DNA from: Podarcis muralis
Taxonomy: Eukaryota
NCBI RefSeq assembly: GCF_964188315.1
Contig: NC_135664.1
Location: 59,830,001 to 59,894,000, forward strand
Length of the DNA: 64,000 bases
Reading direction: 5' to 3'
Made by a program: the position numbers and the translations under genes. The notes beneath the pieces were generated by a model that saw only the letters and a program-made list of their open reading frames with translations, had not been told where the DNA came from and searched no databases. Shown here in pieces: positions 49,014 through 60,311 of the stretch (positions are counted from its first letter, which is position 1; every line of letters begins with the position of its first letter).

Positions 49014-49470
49014 ATAATAATTTACATTTGCACCCTGTCCATCTGGGTAAGGTGAATCCAGAGAGAAGTGAGGAAGTATAAATTTCTATTTGAGCCATGT
49101 TTGACCCTCTGCATTTTAGTCTGAACATCTCTCTTGTGAACATCTGTCAGACCTGCCCCTCCATCTCTGATCAACTCTGTTTTATAATCAATTATACCTC
49201 CCCTTTCTTCCAGTGCAAGATTACTCAGCCATAAGCCTGGCATTGACATCAAATGCTGATAACCATGTTTTCCTCCTGCTACAGAGTCCTTGGAACTGAC
49301 TCCTTACATGCCAAGAGACCAGTACTGCCTCTACACTCCTTGATACTGTTGGCTACACCACTGCCTTCTTTTGCCCTGGTTTGCTAGTGCTTAAAAATAA
49401 TTATTCCAATATCACTTAGAGACATCCAAAAAGATTCTGGCTAGTAGATACATTTTACTATTACACAATA

Positions 49471-49620
49471 CAGTGGTGCCTCGCAAGACGAAATTAATCC
49501 GTTCCGCGAGTCTCTTCGTCTTGCGGTTTTTTTGTCTTGTGAAGCACGGCTATTAGCGGCTTAGCGGCTATTAACGGCTTAGCGGCTATTAACGGCTTAG
49601 CGGCTTTAAGAAAAAGGAAA
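49471..49620. mobile_element. truncated Tigger-like MITE with internal 18-bp tandem repeat
   Basis: TA-cagtggtgcctcgcaagacg terminus; unit cggctatta(a/g)cggcttag repeated about 3 times at 49547-49606. Confidence 0.75.
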
Positions 49621-52600
49621 CAGCTGGAGTATGAGTCTGACCAAAGGGTTTGGAGCTTAGCACCAATAGCCCTGAATGTAGCCACTGGAATTTTGCTTCC
49701 AATGATGGATATTGGAGTCCAAACCAAGAATAATGGGAAACACCTTCATGCCAGCACCCGAAATTGCTGCTGGTGCTAAACACCTAAAGTGATGAGAAGG
49801 AAATGCCTGCACTGAGCCCCTTCTCAGCACAACATCCTTCTCCTGTACTCACCAGGTGATCAAGCCATGACTGCTGAGCATTTCTTAGGCCATGCATATG
49901 CCATACAAGAACATGCGCAGGCATTCACGGGTGTGGCATATATCTCTGCCATATAGAGCAACTGTTTCTGTAGGGGTCCTAAGAATACATCTGCACGCTG
50001 AATCTCTCTCGTATCAAAGCAAGAGCATTTAGTAGCCGGATCACAAATGAACATATGCCCAGGGAATAGCAAGAACGTGGTCGGAACATGTTTCCTCCTT
50101 TATCTTGAGCAGAACCCATTGTGAATGCAGAAGTCAACTCAGGTTGAGACCCATTGGTTACATTTACTGGCAAGATGAAGGAGAGGACTTTCTTTCACCG
50201 CCTTTAGAAGTATATATAAATTTTAGCATTTATGCGGTGCTTTGTGAAGTGCCTTGGCTATTCAAACCAATCATCCTATTATAGCTATTACAACAGGCAT
50301 AGAAATGTATTATATGCAACCATTTAAGGCAGCCATTATTAAGCCCATACTTCCCCAAGGTGGCTTCGTGAGAACAGCAGAGGTGAGGTCTGAACCAGGG
50401 ATTCCCTAGCTCACAGCCTCTTAGCCCCTACACTACAGTGACTCTTGAGCACTCTGGCAGCCCTGTGAGGAAGTACTGAACAAACACCAGTCACAGAGGA
50501 GTATAAAAAGAACTAACACTACAAAGCCACGTGTGTCTTTTTCTGCACATAACACTGCATTTTATTTAAAGGGATACTGCCAAGTAGTGAAGTTTTCTGC
50601 TGGGGATTAAAATAAAGAAAGAAAGAAATCAAGATAGATTAAAATAATAATGATCTTCCATTCGGAATTGTGAATTATTACTGCTATCTGGGCTGGAGTT
50701 GAAACTAGCAAAAATAAAAAAATAAAAAATGTCTTTAAAACCCCAAAAGTGTAGGGAAGAAGTAGCCATGGCTAATATTGTGTACATTTATCCAAACAGG
50801 AAATGTAGGGGGGGAAAGGATATAATCGTGAGAAGCAAATGAGATTTATTAATTTACTTATGCTAGTTCTTTATGACAGAAAGTGAGGTTAGTTAACGTG
50901 AAAAACGACAGTGTCCCTTTAAATGACTCTGTTGACTACTTTTTAAAGCCACTGTTAGCAAAAATGACAAGACTGCTGCCTTCAAGAGGGAATTAGGAGG
51001 GGAAGGGGGGGGGGAGGAGAAGGAAGTGTGGGAGCTGCATCAGCTAGGAGCAGGACCTGTTAGGTGTAACTTTGCATTAACCCTTTTACATCTCTGTCTG
51101 TGGGCACACAATGCCCCCTAGCGGCACACTTGGAAAGAAACCCCACATAGGCAGAGCACTGGCCTCCAGAGAGGAGCCAGCAACTCCTTCTAGCAGGGAT
51201 GTGTCATTTTGCTTTGAGCCAGGGCTGGAGAGCCAACAGCATTTGCTCCACCTACTGATTGACTCCAGGTGAGTGGAGGCATGGAGAAAGGGCTTAAATC
51301 TTTCTGTTATCTCCCACAACATGTTAAAACAAGAAATAGTTTGGTGGCCAAGCACCTCAGGCACTTAACTCTCCAAACCGACCTCTGTATATGGCTTCCA
51401 TGTCAGCGGCTGAAGTGTGGAGGGAGAAAACTGGCAGAGCATTTTGCTGCTCACAATGGGGAAGAAAGGGTCTATGTCTCCTTTGCATGGAGGAAAGGTG
51501 CAAAATAATGAAAGGGGGACCCTTTGAGATTTGGGACTATGATAGGGCCAAGTTAGGAAATTCCTGGGGGCCTATAACCTCCTGGGCTACCACTTACCTA
51601 TTTCTAAACTATGAGGGTTGAAACCACAAAACACTGTTGGTCTCCTTAACCTGCAAACTGCCAGTCTGAAGAACACGGGTAGCTTGCTTGATTTTTATGG
51701 AAGAGATGCAGCAATAGTTCAAAAACATTAGTGATATACAAAAGTCACCTTAAGGAGACTTGGCAATACATCCTTCTGTCACCAACTCCCAAGGAGTAAG
51801 GACCAGAATTTAAGACACCTTGGAAAACAGCTGTAGTACCAAAGATGTGTTGAATCAGTCCTGCATGACTGGTAACCCACAATGTCAAATGTAGCCCACC
51901 AGGGTTTCAAGCAACATCTGATGTTTTGTTTTGCCTCAGACTGCAAAAACAGGAAGGCTATCAAGTACCTGCAATGTCATAATACATGACCGGTAAGCTT
52001 GATGGGACACAATTTGTGCTGGCCTGTGTTAAAGTTGTAATACTACTGCAGAGTGGGGGGTGTTATTCATAAAAAAGTCACTATACATGGGAGTGGGGCG
52101 GGGGGAGAAAGACAAAAAAGAGAAAAGAATAGGAACTATATCATGTTGGGGTGATCTTTGAGGATGAACTTTACACAAGGAAAGAGAAAGAGCCTGTGGA
52201 TACCATCTGAGGGCTTGTTCAAACTCTTCTTTAATTTCAGAAATGACAGGGCATGTGTAACATTTGTGTACTCTCCTGGCCACCCATCCATTTGTAGGAA
52301 CTCTAGCACTCAGACTGCAGTTTGGCAGTGCGGATTAAGTGTGATAATCTGTACAACTTTCCCTACAATAACAGGCAATGGTATTTAAAGAAGCATAGCA
52401 GTTAAAAAGAAAATATAGCAGTCCTTATAAAGTGTAACAAAGTGTGTTGAGGGGGCAGCTGTCACTTCTTTGAGGGTTGGGGACAATCCTTGAGGGAGAA
52501 TAAAGTATATAAGTGCTAGATTATCTTTGGGAAGAAAAATCTAATCAATAGTTTGGATTTACTTATCAACAAAATGCATAGCACAACTAAATTTAGGGGC

Positions 52601-53684
52601 TAAACTGGGGGTGGCTAACCTATGGCCCTCAATCAGTCCCAAACAGCATGGCCAACAGTCAGGGCTAATGAGAGCTGTAGTTCAACAACATCTCAAAGGT
52701 TAGCTACCCCAGGTTAAATTATGAAGTTTGAAAAGAGGCCATGATCCAGAGAGCTCCTTTAGCTAAAGTCCTGTACATGTACCCCAGAGGTCCCTCTGTT
52801 TTTCATTACAGCACCACCACCTGAAACTACATTCAAGCTACAACTACTTTTCACAGCAGACACTGACCACTGGCAAGAGCAGCAATCCCATGTCTCTCTT
52901 TCTCCTCTTCCTGGATCCCCTGCAATGCTTAGAAATTTTAAAAAAAGCAACATATAATATTGTACTTCCTTGTCCCCCTCCATTTCATTGGCTGCCACAA
53001 AATGAATGGGAAGTCTTTCATTGCAATAATGTGGCACTACACATTTTTAAATGCCAGAAGGATAGTCAAATTAGAACACTGCGGCAAAAACATAGTCTTG
53101 CGGCACCTTAAATACTAACACATTTTTATGGCGTAACCTTTCATGGACTGAAATTCTTAAATGTCACCAATGGAGAGAGGAGGAGGAGATGACTCAGGGT
53201 TTTTTACCTCCATGTTTCAGAAATGGTTTCTCCAGTATTATTGTGTTGGAGGAAAAAGAAGGCACCCAGCTTACAAGAGAGTCCCCTGTGCATGCACAGA
53301 ACTCAGCATGTGACACTTTGGATCAGGCCTCCAGTGAATCCCAGAATAAAAAAGGAAAAATTTCAAAATGTTGCCCGACAAATTTTGAGTATTAAACTTC
53401 TTTCTCAGGAAAGGTTATTTTAAGTTGGTGCAGATGTTTATCCTGGTGGGGAAAAGAGTAAAAAAAAATCAACCCTTGAGAAGGGGTTTAATATTCAAAA
53501 AGTGATGAGAAATAAATTCTCTGTACTTCTGCACATCTCTTCCACTTTCATTCCTGGTTGTTTTCCTACAGGAAACCACAATGGAAACCATTCCCCCCGC
53601 CACCTGTCACTGGGGTGTTTTGCAAAAATCCTAGACTTCATGTGACATTGCCCAATTGTGCATCTGACTGTTAACTAGATGGCT

Positions 53685-53800
53685 GATGGTTCGAGCCCAC
53701 CCTGGGAAGGCTGTGAGCAGGATTCCTGCATTGCGGGGCGCTGGACCAGATGACCCTCAGGGTCCCTGCCAACTCTGCAGTTGTGAGATTCTACGATTCC
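53685..53800 (+). mobile_element. 3' part of tRNA-derived SINE with CR1-like tail (19855 family)
   Basis: ggttcgagccc...gattcctgcattgc...gatgaccctcagggtccctgccaactct...gattcta. Confidence 0.65.
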
Positions 53801-54001
53801 AAAACACTGCTCATTAAGGACTGCTAGTTCTCCTCCGAGCTGGAAAAGGGGTTGTGCCCTAGCCAATCAATTAGGTGCAAGACTGGTTTCTTCTCATTGC
53901 TTGTGAGGAGCCAGGGATGGAAAGAAGTAGGTGGAGGGAGAGGGTGGCGGGAGCAGGTGTCAGCAGGGTTAGTGCCAGCAAAGAGGTTCTGCCATACATA
54001 C

Positions 54002-54052
54002 CACCCAGGTGCAAGTCGATGAGGTCACTGTAATAAGACTCTCCCCAATAGT
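54002..54052 (-). CDS. MICAL3: MICAL3 small symmetric cassette exon, 51 nt, phase 1/1
   Basis: ctctctctcttcaccgattccttgttgtag| ... |GTATGT; (D)YWGESYYSDLIDLHLG. Joins in frame LRGEA-DYWG...HLG-VEP; peptide recalled from MICAL3 isoforms (not verified). Confidence 0.85.
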
Positions 54053-55495
54053 CTACAACAAGGAATCGGTGAAGAGAGAGAGTTATTGGTTCAAGTACCC
54101 ACCCCTGCTAGCCCTCCCCACTCCCTGCCCAGGATTCAAAGCACTCTGTAAGAGAAATTGCATACATAAGAGAAGCAAGACAGGGAAAGAGAGAGAGACA
54201 GAAACAGAAGAAACAAGAAATCATGCAACTCTATAATAAATATATACACATACATATATACGGTATATACTGTAAAGACGGGGGGAGGATAAAGTATTCC
54301 CTGGTAAATAGGCAGGGAGGACAGGCAGGCATGGATTTCCAGGCAGAGAAGGAGAGCAGGCTGGACTCTGTATGAGGATTTGTCACCTATACTGGTTTGT
54401 ATCAAGATGAGACACTGCACTGTTATTTTGGGGGAAGGATCCACAAACATTCTCCAGTAGGGAGGGAATTCGGGCAAGGATACATCTCCATTCAAGAGAG
54501 CAGGGGAAGGCGTTGGGCTGGGTCTTCTCATTTCATCCTTCTTTTTATTCAGCTACATTGTTTTGTGTTAGCTAAGCAACCAGAAAAGTACTAGGGTCTT
54601 CACACTTGCAGCTTCTTTTTGGTAAGTTTTTTCACCTCCGGGATAAATCCATAAACAAGCCCAATGGAATCTGGGATCTTGCATGTAAGATTGGCCTTGG
54701 GAAGGCTAAGGGCATAGCCAATTCTTTGGTAACTTTTCTCACACATCTACATTCCTGCGATCACTTTCCATAAATGGCAGATACTGTTTTATAGGATGTG
54801 TTGTCAGAAGTAGGAAACATGAAATGGCCACATGGGCCGGAGGTGTCTGGATTTGGGCAACGAACTCAACACCATATAACTAAGAAAAACTAAGCAGTCG
54901 CCATGCCCCTTCTGCTGATTGTAAGGGTTCTTCCCCTAAAATAAATATGTTCTACAAAGAGTCTCCATTCTGACCCAAATGAAAACCCCTCCAGTTTAAA
55001 TAGGGCATCCAGTATGCCTAATAATCATGTCAATGTCTGCTGGGAGTATATAACATTTGGAAATCTTTATACATTCTGGTAAACTATGAACAGCCTTATT
55101 AAAGCAGTAATGATGTATGCAGCAGACTTTAGGGTCACTTAACTCAAGCGAACAAAAATATGTATAGAAGACTTAAATCCTCTGAACTGCTCATCATAAA
55201 GGGTTTCCTTGTGTTTCCAGGATGACACTTTTTAAATTAATTTATTTCTAATCAGAAATAAAATGTCAATTGTTACTTTAGTTTCAACCCCTGAGAAGGA
55301 AGCACCACGACAGACTCAAGAAAATTGGTGTCAGAGTTGGTCCAATGATCAAAAATTTAACTTTGGTCAAGATAGGTTTGGACCTTCTATTATGCAAGCT
55401 GAGCCAGTTGGCCTCAGGTGCCAGATATTTTGGGGGAAATCATTAAAGGCCACCGAACTATAATTATTATTACTACCAAGTAGTAAAGGGCACTA

Positions 55496-55746
55496 CAGTC
55501 GTACCTCGGATCCTGAACGCCCTGGAACTCAGACATTTTGGCTCCTGAACGCTGGAAACTCAGAAGTGATTGTTCCGGTTTGCGAACGTTCTTTTGGAAT
55601 CCGAACGTCTGACAGGGCTTCCGCAGTTTCTGATTGGCTGCAGGAGCTTCCTGCAGCCAATCAGAAGCTGCAATTTGGTTTCCAAATGTTTTGGGAGTCA
55701 AATGGACTTCTGGAACAGATTCCATTCGACTTCCAAGGTACGACTG
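55496..55746. mobile_element. Tigger-like MITE, inverted relative to the 48124 copy
   Basis: TA-cagtcgtacctcgg ... ccaaggtacgactg-TA; its right end is the reverse complement of the 48124 left end. Confidence 0.9.
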
Positions 55747-58700
55747 TACTTGGATTTTCTGCCTGGAATACCAAAGTGCATTGGGCTGTTTATGGAATGC
55801 ACAAAGTAGGTTCCCTTGACACGTCACACAATAAGATGAACTTCAGTTTTCAAGATATAAAGTAGCATAGAAAGTGAACAAAAGTGCTCCAGGCAGAAAA
55901 TCACTTCCTATGTAAAAACAATGTCTGCATACGGCAAGGGCATGTATGCTGTGTGTTTACTACAACATGATAAGCACATACTGTGTCTGTTTCACCACAA
56001 GTGCACATAGTAGGAGAGCTTTTGTGTATTTGTCCCGTGTTAAAGTGTGCATGCAATGCTCCTAACAAGAGAAGCAGTATCAATGTAGAATAAGTCTTGT
56101 GTGAAATGGACACAAAATTCTAATTATCTCATACACAAGGAAGCTGTTTTAACAATAAAGAATGGGTAGTTTGGGGAAGGTGTTCTCTTCCCATCTGCAT
56201 TACCAAAGCAGAAGCTCCTTTTCCAGCAAACCTATTACTAGCCATTAAGAGAATAAGGCTTTGTAACTGTAGTCTGCAGGGAATAACGGTTTGGCCAATA
56301 CTGCATACATAAGGCAGTCAAGGTTGTTTGGACAGTATACTGAAATAAGTTACTGCTGATATTGAAGGTGTGTAAGGAAAAAGAGGTTTTAAGGCACATG
56401 AAAATCTAAAAAATTAATAATTATCTCATCTCAAGAAACAAGAGCATGCCCCATTAACAGTCTATTTTTCATGGGATTACTGAATATGGACATCTTTCAG
56501 CTATAAATCCTGAATTCAAAAGGCAATTATTAATACTCATAGGCACACCTGTGAGGCCCAAAAATAAGCCAGCCTTTTCATTTGTCTCTCCCTCTCCACT
56601 TCCCCATCACATTTTAGATATCTAAAGCCATCTCTAATAATTTGCCAAAGCACCACCACTGCCCATGAAGTGTGGCAAGTAAAGCCCTCAGTTGTTTGCA
56701 AAGCTCCTCAAATTCTGATGACACCACCTATAAGGATGCTGGGGGACAATGAAATGAATGTCAGGTGACAAAAAAAGAGTTTGAGATGGCTGTAGACTGT
56801 TGAATGTAGAGATGCATAATTCTTTCCATTCTTTTAAAACTATATACCTGCATTCATTTTATGAAACAATTTAAACAACAATATTTAAATAGTTGTAAAA
56901 GTATTCCAGGGATTAAGTTGGACTGAGTACATTATTTGGCCCCAGCTGATGCTGTGAGCTACCACTAGCAAAAAGCTGCACTCTGCAGTCCTACCAAAAC
57001 ATATTCTCTATAGATTCTCTCCCTTTCAAGTTGGAGGCAATCAAATTCTCTCTGATGCAACAAGAATGACTCTGAAAGCCTGCAAAAAGCATTTTAAACT
57101 GCAGGAGTCAACTGCAGGATAAAATAAGCAAGTTTGGGCAGCTAGTGGTGATGGCACTATCAAAACGTACTCATTAACTCAAAAATGTTAATATCTGTAT
57201 GTAGCTTTAGGGAAGACTGCCTTTGAAAATAAGGACAAGGTATGATGCTCAGTTTGTGATTGTGGTGCACTAGATGTTGCTGGTTTCAATTTTAAAGAGA
57301 TTGAGTCCCACACAGTTCCCTCCCCGGGGCTCCCTTGCAGGTGCCAAGATCACTGTAGGCCACTCTCTGCAAAGTAATTTTCAACTGTAAGGATACATAA
57401 GGCTTCCTGAGGTCTAATCCACAATTATGGAATTCCTAATTTTTTAAGATTTGCCAAAACCTGGGTATCTAACACAGGTAGGGAAAGTCTCCAGTAACTG
57501 GGGTGTCATTTGGTGGTCAAGGATAGCACACAAGGGATTAAAATTTAATTCATCCTGTGTTGCCTTTGATATTGTTATATCTGTCTCAAATAGGCTGTTA
57601 TTTACCAGGAAATTTCAGAACAGGGCAGGATATACATTGTAATAAAAAGAAATACATTGTAATAATTAAGTGTAATGTTCAGGTAGTATCTGTTCTTAGT
57701 GCACTGATTGTCTGGTCACTGATAATCCTACCACATTCCTATTGGAAATTTCAGTGTGTCAATCCAAGCTTCAAACAAAGCAGAAAAACAATTCTTCCAG
57801 GCTCTTTTGAGGAAAGTCAATTTAGTTACATTTCCCTCCCAAACTTAAGGTCAGTATAACAAAAGGTTACTCGTCTTTACATATCTCAAAATTAAGTTAA
57901 ATTCATTTTCACCAAGTAGGTTGCCTCTTACACCTCTGGTAAATGGATCATGTGAAAACCTGGGCTTTTGTGTGTTTGTCTCTACTCGTTTCTCAAGGAA
58001 GGAGTGGTAGGATATGTCAAGTGAGGAAATCATCATCTAACTATGTTCTCTCCCACGGATGAAGTAGACATTATGGCAGACACAGGGCTACAGGTAAAAC
58101 AGTATTCTCATTACTACGTCTTCCTGCCTCATAAGGTCTAGTGAAACTCACCATGCAATGTCTTGCAGTGAATTCTCTCACCTCGGCACCCAATGAAGGA
58201 AGGAGGGAGGCAGGGAAAGTCAAGAGTGACGACATCACGTTGCATAGCAAATTTCACTGGCCATTAAGAAGGGTATGTGGGCAGAAGACTACATACAGAG
58301 TTTTGGGTTTTCAGTAGCAGTCCTGTGTGTGCAGTAACATCTAGTTCTGCTCTTAATGTCTTTCATCTATGTTAATTCCAAGTACCATTCATTAGACCAG
58401 GCCATTAAGTATAGAGGTTCATTCCATTAACAGCAGATGACGATGACAACTGTTTCACATGTTGTATTGAATTTCATTCCACATGCCTTGAAGCTGTGTA
58501 TGATTTTGCAGAGATCATGTGGTACTTGCTGGGGCTGTTCTGTGATGGTCCCTTATGAGGGTGCTAATGCTGATTCAAGGCACAGTGAATTAAAAAACAC
58601 AAACTTATATCAATTACTTTCTTCTCTTTTTCATCTTGCTGGGCAAAGTGGAGGCTTCCTTGCCACGACCAAGTTTTATTTCCTAAAGGAAAGCTAGCAG

Positions 58701-59033
58701 ATGGGTAACCTATATGTATTACCACCTTTTTCCAAGATGCAACTAATAATTGGACAAAACTTTGTCCTGAAGAAGTGAGACGTATTTTCAGAGCAAATGA
58801 AACTCAGCTAAGGGATCTTGCCATTTAGGTAGCTTCACAGGCAGAGAAGCCCAAGATCTGATAGAGAAGGGAAATGGTGAATTTTAATTCATTTGTTTAA
58901 AAAGATAATTTAATAAAAGAACTTGCAGCTTAGGAAGGGACCAGTCTGTATAGCTAGCACACAGGTTGCTATGAACCTTTGCATAAAAATGTAATAAGAA
59001 AAGAAAAACACAAGATGGAAGACTGGAAGGTAC

Positions 59034-59127
59034 CTGCTTCTCCTCTAAGAGCCTTCTCAACAGCGACTCCCCTCTCCTCCAGCTGCCTTTGCTTCTCTTC
59101 TACTTGCTCCAGCTGTCGTTGGATAAT
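59034..59127 (-). CDS. MICAL3: MICAL3 exon, 94 nt, phase 0/1 (bMERB helix 1)
   Basis: ttttccctcttttcccatag| ... |GTACCT; IIQRQLEQVEEKQRQLEERGVAVEKALRGEA. Confidence 0.97.
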
Positions 59128-60203
59128 CTATGGGAAAAGAGGGAAAACACACACATAGGTCCTCATTCTCCTGTGTTCAAATGGCAGGATACTAATTTCA
59201 AGAATCTCCAGTGCTTCCAAAGCAGACCAGCGCCACCTAAGAGCTGTTCCAGCGGCACACACCAGAGGGGCCTTAAGGTTTTGTAGCTGATGATCAACTC
59301 CTGGGGGAAAAGAGAGCATTGATGTTTTCCAAACAGTGGCCAATCTGGGAATTTCCTCCCCAAGTACCTGGTTCGGCAACATGCTCTCTATGTGTCCTTA
59401 AAAATGGTGGGTGAAGGATTCAGGGTGTGCGCACTATGGGGACCAGGGGCTCGTCTGTACTTTTGCTTTCCCCCAGGGAAATCTACTCTTTAGCACTGAA
59501 GAGTGGGTTTTCATGAGGCAAGCAGCGGGGCGAACAGAAAACTTCTCAGACTCATGTTTTCTAGGCATGGGACAAGCAAAGTATGGACAAGCCCTAGATG
59601 TGTGGGAAGTACTCACACACCTTTCTCAAAAATACCTTCAAATAATTTTGGAATCTTTCTTCAAATCCTACCTTTTCCACAACATCTCTTAACCACAACC
59701 CCCTACTATATTTGAGTTATATGAATTTGTGTATATTCTTCCTCTTGCCCCAGTGCCCACCTTCCTCTCCTGTGTCTCCATTTGGTCAAAAACTAGACTG
59801 AAAGCTCCTCAGGGCAGGGATATGCCTTTTTGTTTGTGCTGCTGTGTGAAGTGTCTTCAGGATATTGATAAGTCACACATTCTCCAGCTACTGTTTCGGA
59901 TCCGTACAAGGCAGAAGTGTATATAGGTATATCGCTTGCAACTGCTCATACTGGTGTCTTACAAAAGCGGCACTCCAGGCAGCAACAAGAGAGTAATATG
60001 TATCAAACCTTACATGTAGGAAGTGCAGTTAATTATGGGGAAACGTCAGGACCATACCACCAGACAGGTCAATGTAATGTGACCTTCCTCAAGACATGCA
60101 GTTTTCTGATGGACACTGCAAAGATGTGCACATAGAAGGTCATCTTCTTAAAGGCTCATGAATTTTTCTTCCTGGAAATTATGGATGAAAATTATGGCTT
60201 TAC

Positions 60204-60311
60204 CTGAGCCCTGTGTAACCTCTTCAGCTCCTCCTGCTTGGCTTGACGGCGAGCAGCTTTCTGCACCCGCCTGGTCAGTTTGGCATTGAGCTCATCCTCC
60301 GTGTATGCTTT
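60204..60311 (-). CDS. MICAL3: MICAL3 exon, 108 nt, phase 0/0
   Basis: cctctctttattgctgcag| ... |GTAAAG; KAYTEDELNAKLTRRVQKAARRQAKQEELKRLHRAQ. Confidence 0.97.

Noticed and set aside
51941-52082. Two strong minus-strand acceptors (AG at 51942-41 and 52082-81) in the MICAL3 intron
   Set aside because: Both hit an in-frame stop within 1-4 codons in phase 1 and lack a strong paired donor. They illustrate the pseudo-exon background that tempers the other candidates.
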